IMG/VR virus record: IMGVR_UViG_3300027806_000042 | Span: 3,661-67,660 of that record | Direction: 5' to 3' (one strand) | Length of the DNA stretch: 64,000 bases | Source: a virus | In this document: positions 1 to 6,869 of the stretch, in pieces | How positions within the stretch are numbered: position 1 is the first letter of the stretch | Layout: every line of letters starts with the position of its first letter | Made by a program: the position numbers and the translations under genes | Notes under the pieces: model-generated | Databases searched by the model: none | Seen by the model: only the letters and a program-made list of their open reading frames with translations | What the model was told of the DNA's origin: nothing

Positions 1-934
1 AGCCCGTAGAAAGGCCAGGAGGCAGGCCGCGCCGATAAAGGTCCACAACCCTATCCAGATAATCCGAGGCGCTTGCAACCCCTTCAATCGGCCACCGGAT
101 AGCGTTCTTAATGCAATCCCGCAAGGCATCAGGGCCATGCTTTACCAGAACATCATTGGCATCCTTGCAGCCTGCCGGATAGCTAACCTTCCAGCACTTC
201 GCTTTGCCTAGGCGCCTAGCCAACTCATTCGCGGTTGTCTGTCCCGGCCCGTCAGCATCCACAGCAAGGTAAATATCAGGCGCTTGGGCTAGTAATTCGT
301 CGTGGTGCGCCATCCATTTAAGGCGAGAGGCATCATCCTGAGTGTTCGCTTCAATCGCACCGGACGGAATCGAGGCAGCGGCCATGCCAGCTTGCCAAAA
401 GGAAATCGCATCACCTTCGCCTTCAGTGATTATAACCGGCTCACCAACCTTGCACTTGTCAGCAAGGTATAAAGTCTGAGCCGATCCCGTCTGGGTGAAA
501 GCCTTATCCTCAATACACCGCCACTTAACAGCATAGTCATTGTCTTTATGACGATACACAAACCCAACCGCATCGGCTTCCTTATTCATCTTTCGGAAAA
601 AAGCCTTGCCACTGGTTATCCCCGCAGCCTCAGCAACAGCCGATGAAATGCCCCGTTCTTCTAGCCACATCAGGGCATCCATAGTTAAATCACCTCGCTC
701 AATCTGTTTAATTGGCACAACGCTGGTCTGCATTTCCGGTTTCCTTTTGGTTTCTTCGCGCCTTGAAGCGCCACTAACCCCGCAATGGTGGCAATGATAT
801 ACCACCCTATCCCCTTCATCGCGTAGTGATAGTGGCGTGTCTGACTTATTCCTTCGTTGTGGCCCGCATGACGGGCAAAATACCCGATTCTCCCCGCGAT
901 TGGCGCGGGTTATGACATAATCTGCCAGCATCAT
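1..934 (-). CDS. Primase-helicase (T7 gp4/Twinkle-like), N-terminal part, truncated by window edge
   Basis: Manual translation: Zn-binding CPSC...CHHC, TOPRIM motifs ITEGEGDAISF, LAVDADGPG and CKDAND, then start of helicase region (GLSTG). Missing from the ORF track because it has no stop in the window. Confidence 0.9.
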   Translation of the reverse strand, partial: MMLADYVITRANRGENRVFCPSCGPQRRNKSDTPLSLRDEGDRVVYHCHHCGVSGASRREETKRKPEMQTSVVPIKQIERGDLTMDALMWLEERGISSAVAEAAGITSGKAFFRKMNKEADAVGFVYRHKDNDYAVKWRCIEDKAFTQTGSAQTLYLADKCKVGEPVIITEGEGDAISFWQAGMAAASIPSGAIEANTQDDASRLKWMAHHDELLAQAPDIYLAVDADGPGQTTANELARRLGKAKCWKVSYPAGCKDANDVLVKHGPDALRDCIKNAIRWPIEGVASASDYLDRVVDLYRRGLPPGLSTG

Positions 935-1044
935 GTAACCTTTAGGTTACAGGCTCACGTCTTGCCTGTTGCGCCTGCATTGCGACCCATCTGGGGAGAC
1001 TGGGTAGCAGACTGCTATCTATATATCACCACGGCTCCCGAGAT

Positions 1045-1272
1045 TCAATTCTCGAACTCGCCTGTAATGACACCTATAACCGCGCTTGAACCATCATGCT
1101 TCCGCTCGCCCTTCCGCTTGCCGCATTGAGGACAACGAAAATACAACGGATGCTTGACGGTAGCCGCGATCCACTCATACCCGCAGGCAGAGCATTCAAT
1201 CTCTAGCTTTATTACGGGGCCGGGCGGCAGCTTTGCCAACTCCCTTATTCGGCTTGGAATCTTTGGCTTCAT
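1045..1272 (-). CDS. Small Zn-ribbon protein
   Basis: CSAC...CPQC; lies between the phosphoesterase and primase in the same orientation. Confidence 0.55.
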   Translation of the reverse strand: MKPKIPSRIRELAKLPPGPVIKLEIECSACGYEWIAATVKHPLYFRCPQCGKRKGERKHDGSSAVIGVITGEFEN

Positions 1273-2197
1273 GAATCAGACTCCCCCGAAAGAACGCGCG
1301 CCCTGCCAACACTTCACAAATCTCAGGCGGCAATAGCTGCCCCTTATGGAATGTCAGAACGCAAAACCCCTGCCCCCAATTCTTAGGGCTATCCTCGTCA
1401 TAGTCAAACTGAGGACCGCCAATATCAGCCAGGGTGCCGCAATCAATACCAAACCGGCGCCCGCTGTAATCGGTCCAGGGCGTGACTTGCAGCCGATGCA
1501 AGTGCCCCGTCACAATAGAGCGGCCAGCCCGTAGGACGTTGTTATAGGCGCCATGGATACCATTGTGCCAGCGATGTTTGACAATCATGGACTGATTGAT
1601 TTCCACTGACATACTTTCGCGCCAATCTTCTAGGTGATGGCGAAGCATCATGCCCGCCAAATGGCGGTAATCCGGGGCTTGTAGGGCCAGCCGCTTGTCA
1701 AACCTAATATCATGGTTGCCGATAGTGCGAAGCAACTCAGCATCACCAGCAACCTCTTGAATCTCGGCCATGCGCTGCTTTACTTCATCCAACTCAGCAT
1801 GAAGCGGAGGGGTTTCACGCCAGCCTTCAGGATCATGGCGAGAGATAGAAGCCCCGTCCAGAACATCGCCATTGGCGATAACCGCCTTGGGCTTCAAGTC
1901 TTTGACGATCTTGAGCAAAGCATGATTGGCCGGGGTTAGCTGCGCCTTGGGCCACCAATGGGAATCTGAGAACACAACAATCGTGCCAGATTCAATCTGA
2001 AAGGGCGCCCGCTTAGTATAATCAATAGGCTTGTTATCTAGGCTGGCTGTCTGAAGGATAACACCCTTACCCATCAAGGAATCTCGGCGCCTAATGATAC
2101 TGCGAACATTTATGCCTGTAATTTTTGACACTTTAGTAGGGGAGCACTCCCCGTCCTTCCATGCCTTTATAAACTCTTGGTCGGTCAACTTTTGCAT
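1196..2197 (-). CDS. Calcineurin-like metallophosphoesterase with N-terminal HTH-like segment
   Basis: DSH, NGD, GNHD, HRWH and GHLH motifs in canonical order; RBS-like AGGGGAG upstream. Confidence 0.88.
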   Translation of the reverse strand: MQKLTDQEFIKAWKDGECSPTKVSKITGINVRSIIRRRDSLMGKGVILQTASLDNKPIDYTKRAPFQIESGTIVVFSDSHWWPKAQLTPANHALLKIVKDLKPKAVIANGDVLDGASISRHDPEGWRETPPLHAELDEVKQRMAEIQEVAGDAELLRTIGNHDIRFDKRLALQAPDYRHLAGMMLRHHLEDWRESMSVEINQSMIVKHRWHNGIHGAYNNVLRAGRSIVTGHLHRLQVTPWTDYSGRRFGIDCGTLADIGGPQFDYDEDSPKNWGQGFCVLTFHKGQLLPPEICEVLAGRAFFRGSLIHEAKDSKPNKGVGKAAARPRNKARD

Positions 2198-2298
2198 CTG
2201 TCTCCCCTATGTGCAAAACTGAAACGGCGCTACCATATATTGTGGATAATCTCAAGTGATTTTTTATACTTGATTTAATGGAATGGGGGTGCTACAAA

Positions 2299-2336
2299 AT
2301 AAAGAAGGGGAGCGCCCGGCAAAGGCGCCCCCCTCA
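2299..2336 (-). terminator. Putative intrinsic terminator, possibly bidirectional
   Basis: Minus strand GGGGGGCGCC-TTTGCCG-GGCGCTCCCC followed by TTCTTTATTTT. Confidence 0.55.
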
Positions 2337-2809
2337 AAAAGTCACCTTGTCACAACCAAGGTGGGCGAGAACGCCATAGGCGATTTTATCTCCCATTTTA
2401 GTTTGATAGTCAAGTGGCTTTTTTATAGCCACCGGCCTTATGCTGGGCGATCCTGCCGACCTATGGGAACGGGCAGGCAACGCAAACACTCAAGGGCATG
2501 GGAAAAGGTAAGTCTCGCCACAGCTTGTCGAGACAAACCAGGACTGGCTCTGTGATAAACCACAACCAGACAAGGTGAATGTAGTCGTTTGCGTGGCTGT
2601 TCACTGACCGTCATTTCCGCAAGGAAAAGCTCTGCTCCAATGCCGACAGGATGACCCCGGCTTTTAGAGGCGCAACGCAAATTGTGAACGTCGAAACCGA
2701 CTGATGGGACCCGACAAACACTATGAAGCCTTCTCGTGTAGGGAAGGCTTTGTCTCCAATCTTCCCTCCACCCCAACAAACACGGGCAGAGAAGGGGTAG
2801 AATACTAGG

Positions 2810-2838
2810 TTGACAATGTAGAAAATATGTGATAATCT
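2810..2838 (+). promoter_or_regulatory. Sigma70-type promoter of the MTase gene
   Basis: TTGACA-17 bp-TAATCT, then AAGGAG RBS and ATG at 2874. Confidence 0.7.
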
Positions 2839-2873
2839 AACTCTCATATGTAATGAAACCAAGGAGATAGAAT

Positions 2874-3656
2874 ATGACTAATCTTGTATCTATCGGTGAT
2901 AGTTTCTTGTATCAAGGAGACTGTATTAAAGTTTTGGATGCCATCAAATCTAATTATGTTGATCTGGTTTTAACTGATCCTCCTTATGGGACAACGGCCT
3001 GTAAATGGGACTCGGTTATATCTATGGAATGTATGTGGCCTCGTATTATGCGAGCCTCGAAGCCCAATGCGGCTTTTGTTTTCACGGCTAGTCAACCGTT
3101 CTCAAGTATCTTGGGCGCCTCAAATATTTCAATGCTTCAGTATTCTTGGTATTGGCAGAAGTCCCGCGCTACGGGGCATTTGAACGCAAAACGACGCCCG
3201 CTGAAAAACGTTGAAGATATTTTGGTTTTTTACGGGGACCAACCAACCTACAATCCTCAAGGACTAACTAAGATTCAGAAGGTTGTGAAGAATAGCAAAA
3301 GCCACATGGCGCGTGGGGTTACTACTGATTCAACCAGCACCGTAACGGGCGGCATTACCCGCGAAGAATACACCCAAGAATACACAAACTACCCTCGTCA
3401 AATCTTAGAATTTCCGTCCGAAGGTTTCACCGTTCACCCCACTCAAAAGCCTGTGGCCCTGATGGAGTACCTAATTCGCACCTACACCAATGAAGGCGAT
3501 ACAATCCTAGACTTCACAATGGGTTCTGGAACCACGGGGGTCGCCTGCGTGAATACCGGGCGCCGGTTTGTCGGGGTTGAGAAAGACCCGTATTATTTCC
3601 AGATTGCCGTGGATAGGATCACTAAGGCATATGCAATCAATCCCACGTTGATATAA
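2874..3656 (+). CDS. Orphan N6-adenine/N4-cytosine DNA methyltransferase (beta class)
   Basis: DPPY catalytic motif precedes HPTQKP and the SAM-binding motif LDFTMGSGTT. Confidence 0.95.
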   Translation: MTNLVSIGDSFLYQGDCIKVLDAIKSNYVDLVLTDPPYGTTACKWDSVISMECMWPRIMRASKPNAAFVFTASQPFSSILGASNISMLQYSWYWQKSRATGHLNAKRRPLKNVEDILVFYGDQPTYNPQGLTKIQKVVKNSKSHMARGVTTDSTSTVTGGITREEYTQEYTNYPRQILEFPSEGFTVHPTQKPVALMEYLIRTYTNEGDTILDFTMGSGTTGVACVNTGRRFVGVEKDPYYFQIAVDRITKAYAINPTLI

Positions 3657-3710
3657 CAGGCTGGCGCCTAAAAGAATATAAGCATCCCTAAAAAATGTGG
3701 AAATTATCTA

Positions 3711-3740
3711 TTGACATTGGCTAGGGGATGATGATATAAG
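3711..3740 (+). promoter_or_regulatory. Sigma70-type promoter of the RAMP-like cassette
   Basis: TTGACA-18 bp-TATAAG with extended TGn -10. Confidence 0.65.
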
Positions 3741-3750
3741 ATGGCGTCAG

Positions 3751-3805
3751 CGCTACTCTACGCACCACATCACGGCGCAGCGCTCCGCACGGCAACACAA
3801 CGCAA
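3751..3805 (+). ncRNA. Pentamer tract 0 (11 x [CGC-type triplet + NN]); candidate guide or leader RNA
   Basis: cgc-ta ctc-ta cgc-ac cac-at cac-gg cgc-ag cgc-tc cgc-ac ggc-aa cac-aa cgc-aa, running into the RBS AAGGAG. Confidence 0.65.
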
Positions 3806-3816
3806 GGAGATAACCA

Positions 3817-4410
3817 ATGCAAGCATCAGTAGCACACCTGACCATCACTGGCTTGACGCCTTACTCCCAATCCCGTCAGCATGACGAAGCTAAGCTGGAC
3901 GGTGAAAACCACGAAGCCTATGATGTTCGTACATGGCGCTCTAAACTATCTGTCTCAGATCGTGATGGCGCCCCTACTGTAGTAATCCCTGCACATGGCC
4001 TGCATCAGTCCATTGCATCAGCCGCTAAGTATTCCAAGCGTCAGATTCCAGGCCAAGGCAAGGCAACTTGGACCGCCAAGTTTCTCTCTGGTATTACGCT
4101 CATGGAGGACCCTGCCCTGTTTATTGATCCTGCCAGTGTTGGTAGTGTGACAATCTCCGCTAACGCGGATGGCGTCCGGGGTTCAGGCAAGCGCGTACCG
4201 CGCCGGTTTCCAATTCTCCCGCAATGGGAAACCACCTTTGATGTTTATATCCTCGATCCCATCATTACCCAGGAAGTGTTCAAGGAAATGGTGGAGATTG
4301 CCGGTATGTTTATTGGCATTGGGCGCTTCCGCCCTGAAAAGGGTGGCACCAATGGCCGTTTCCGTATTGCGAAGCTGGTTTGGGAAGATAACCGCAAACT
4401 GGCTGCGTAA
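3817..4410 (+). CDS. RAMP/Cas7-like (Vipr-like) RNA-binding protein
   Basis: N-terminal strand LTITGLTPY, internal VIPAHGLHQSI (like the RAMP IPxxxLKG motif), and C-terminal Gly-rich loop GIGRFRPEKGGTNGRF; flanked by pentamer tracts. Confidence 0.75.
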   Translation: MQASVAHLTITGLTPYSQSRQHDEAKLDGENHEAYDVRTWRSKLSVSDRDGAPTVVIPAHGLHQSIASAAKYSKRQIPGQGKATWTAKFLSGITLMEDPALFIDPASVGSVTISANADGVRGSGKRVPRRFPILPQWETTFDVYILDPIITQEVFKEMVEIAGMFIGIGRFRPEKGGTNGRFRIAKLVWEDNRKLAA

Positions 4411-4414
4411 TCCC

Positions 4415-4861
4415 CGCCACTCGTTGCAACGCTCCACTGCACCGCGCGCCACAGCGCATTGCTAGGCTCCGCTTCGCTATGCTCCTCTTCGCCACTCAAC
4501 GCAACGCACCTTTGGGCAACCCGAAACCGCTTATGCGGCTTTGGGATGCCGAAGGGTATCTACCACGCTACACGACTCGGCGCTCCGCCGCGCTCCGCAC
4601 CTCTACGCGGCGCTTCGCATCGCCACGCAACTCAACGCACCTTTCTGTATCCCCAAGCAATCCTATTGTTTTGGGATACCGAAGGGTATCAACTGCCGCC
4701 CCGCAGCTCCACGCTACGCCCAGCGACTCATCACGCCGCTTCGCACCGCAACTCAACGCTCCGACTTTCCCGCCGCTTCGGCGCCGGGATGGCCGGAAAA
4801 CCATTCAACCACGCGTCACCTCTTGACGCTTCGCTCCGCACCGCGTCGCAACTCAACGCAT
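4415..4861 (+). ncRNA. Array of four pentamer-periodic tracts (19, 16, 13, 11 units) separated by hairpins; candidate guide RNA array
   Basis: Tracts at 4415-4509, 4561-4640, 4697-4761 and 4807-4861, each ending ...CTC-AA CGC-NN; hairpins at about 4515-4550, 4647-4679 and 4766-4805. Confidence 0.75.
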
Positions 4862-4876
4862 TAAAAGGAAAGACAA

Positions 4877-5377
4877 ATGATCCAAACAGAACTAACCGCT
4901 GATGCTCGCACATTGGCAGACCTTCTAATTGCCTGCCCCGTAGAAGGCATTGTAACGCTGGCGCTGGCCTCTCAGGCTATTGGGCGCGACATTACCAAGT
5001 GTCGCCATGTCCTAGCCTCTGCCCGCCGCGTAGCACTCCGGGAAGAAGGTGTAGTGTTCACCACTGAACGCTCCGCAGGCTTGCGCCGTATCTCAGCAGA
5101 ACGGGCTACGGAGGTCATTGGGCCGGTTGCCAGGAAGCATATACGCAAGACCGCAGGCCGGGCTAAGAAGGCTCTGATAGCCGCCACAGAAGGCAGTAAT
5201 GACCTTTCACCGGACGCCCAGCGCCGCCGTGCGGCGGAAATCAGCGCCCTTGGTTTGATGGAACACATTGCTCGTGACACTATCAATCGCCCGGCAAACG
5301 ATGCCCCGACGAAGCCAACCCCTGTTGGCATTACAGCCCAGGCTTTGCTTCAGCGCATCAAAGGAGACATGACATGA
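4877..5377 (+). CDS. Basic helical protein, probable accessory gene of the RAMP-like cassette
   Basis: RBS AAAGGAAAG directly after the last tract; Arg/Ala-rich; possible winged-HTH N-terminus. Confidence 0.7.
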   Translation: MIQTELTADARTLADLLIACPVEGIVTLALASQAIGRDITKCRHVLASARRVALREEGVVFTTERSAGLRRISAERATEVIGPVARKHIRKTAGRAKKALIAATEGSNDLSPDAQRRRAAEISALGLMEHIARDTINRPANDAPTKPTPVGITAQALLQRIKGDMT

Positions 5378-5736
5378 ACCTTCAAGAAGGGAAATACTAC
5401 CGAGCGCGGTGTGGTCGGATTTATGGACCGCTGGTTGCTGGCACGGATATTAGCGCGCCGTTCTTCTGCCAGATCTCAAAAGAGAGTTGGCACAGTAAGG
5501 GGAACTATTATTACAACGGCGCGGAATCAAACTATGATCTAATCTCAGAGGTTAACCTTATCGTGGTTGACCCCTTCAAGGACGTGATTAACCAGGGCGC
5601 CCCACCGAAGGTGGATAGGGTAGAAATCGCTTCTCGTATTCTTCCTCGTCTAGCCTATAATTTTGCTCCTACATCAGCAGCAAAACAGGCCCTTCAATAT
5701 GCAGATGCCTTTATTAAGGAGATTGGAAATGATTGA
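5374..5736 (+). CDS. Hypothetical protein (paralog of 6094-6444)
   Basis: GKYYRxRxGxxxGP...W...DLISEV; ATGA overlap with the previous gene. Confidence 0.75.
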   Translation: MNLQEGKYYRARCGRIYGPLVAGTDISAPFFCQISKESWHSKGNYYYNGAESNYDLISEVNLIVVDPFKDVINQGAPPKVDRVEIASRILPRLAYNFAPTSAAKQALQYADAFIKEIGND

Positions 5737-6097
5737 CTGGGATAAGGAAGTAATAACCAACACTGGTCAGACGGTGGTTTGCCTTGACCGGAATTTTAAA
5801 AGCTACTATGGCGCGGTAACATTGTTTAAGGTTCTGCCCAAACCCCATTTATCCTCAACGGGCTATGAATTTATCGGGCTTTACAGACCGCTTGTTGAAC
5901 GGGTGACTACAATAAATGGGGATGCAGTAGGTTACACCATCCGCAACAAGCCCGTCATTGTAGAGAAGTGGATCATCCTTTGGAGGGGTTTTCCTAGCAT
6001 GTTTTATTATGAAACCGAGGAAGAAGCCAATTATTCGGCAAGCATCTCGGTAAGAACCGATCTTGTGAAGGTAATGAAGGTGACATGGGAGGAATGA
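5729..6097 (+). CDS. Hypothetical protein
   Basis: AAGGAG RBS; tiles between its neighbours. Confidence 0.7.
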   Translation: MIDWDKEVITNTGQTVVCLDRNFKSYYGAVTLFKVLPKPHLSSTGYEFIGLYRPLVERVTTINGDAVGYTIRNKPVIVEKWIILWRGFPSMFYYETEEEANYSASISVRTDLVKVMKVTWEE

Positions 6098-6444
6098 ACA
6101 TGAAGATAGAAGCAGGGAAATACTACCGCACTAGGGGCGGCGATGTTGTTGGGCCGATGCGAAGGCGTGGTCTGACTACCTTTCCTTGGGGGGACGGGAC
6201 TGATTGCTGGACTGACAACGGCAGATTTAGTGAAGATGTAAATAACTGCGACATGGACCTTGTTAGCGAGGTCTATATCAGCGACACGCCGGTGGACACC
6301 ACCAAGACCGCAAGGGATGAATTGGTGGAGAAGGCTGCGCTGGCAATCCTGAAAGCGCACTACGCAAACCCAGGAACAACGGGTTATGGCATGGATTGGA
6401 TTTGGGACGCGGCAGAACATTTTGTGGAGGCGCGGAAGAAATGA
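6094..6444 (+). CDS. Hypothetical protein (paralog of 5374-5736)
   Basis: EAGKYYRTRGGDVVGP...W...DLVSEV. Confidence 0.75.
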   Translation: MNMKIEAGKYYRTRGGDVVGPMRRRGLTTFPWGDGTDCWTDNGRFSEDVNNCDMDLVSEVYISDTPVDTTKTARDELVEKAALAILKAHYANPGTTGYGMDWIWDAAEHFVEARKK

Positions 6445-6869
6445 CCGAAGATGAAAATATGCGGTATGAATTGCTTGTGCGGGCGCTTGAAATGTCAGGC
6501 GATGCAAACACAGCCATGATCTTGGCAGAGAACATGCGCCGGTTTGTGTATGGATTGGGACATTCAACGCCGGTACAAGCGGGCGATCTGACAGCATCAA
6601 TCAAGAGCGTGTTGCAGGACTTTGAAGGTCCGGTGCAGGGCTTTAATGGCGTGGCTATCCCAGGCAAGGTGGATGATGATTATGAGATTGGTAAAGGCAG
6701 CAAACGCCGCAGCACAAGGGAGCGCACACGCCGCCGCTGGACTGATGCGGAGGTCGCTGAGGCCAAGCAGTATATAGCTGATGGGTTTTCCTTGGATTAT
6801 ATTGCGGAATCCATTGGCAGGTCTTGGATGGCTGTGGAGAAGTCATGGCGCGATGGGAGATTTGTATGA
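6441..6869 (+). CDS. Protein with C-terminal GcrA/Myb-like HTH
   Basis: RRWTDAEV...GFSLDYIAESIGRSWMAV resembles the GcrA N-terminal HTH. Confidence 0.6.
   Translation: MTEDENMRYELLVRALEMSGDANTAMILAENMRRFVYGLGHSTPVQAGDLTASIKSVLQDFEGPVQGFNGVAIPGKVDDDYEIGKGSKRRSTRERTRRRWTDAEVAEAKQYIADGFSLDYIAESIGRSWMAVEKSWRDGRFV

Noticed and set aside
2241-2249. Perfect DnaA box (TTATCCACA on the minus strand)
   Set aside because: Single copy; about 0.5 such 9-mers are expected by chance in 64 kb on two strands.
4415-4861. Canonical CRISPR array
   Set aside because: There is no identical 25-40 bp repeat alternating with unique spacers. The information is interleaved at a 5-nt period, and there is no cas1 or cas2.
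3751-4861. Self-targets of the NN strings within this window
   Set aside because: None was found in a limited by-eye check of gapped and codon-like readings. This was not exhaustive and needs a computed search.
4459-4913. Overlapping ORFs in several frames across the array
   Set aside because: These are Arg/Ala/Ser/Pro low-complexity products of a stop-poor 5-nt repeat, with no RBS.
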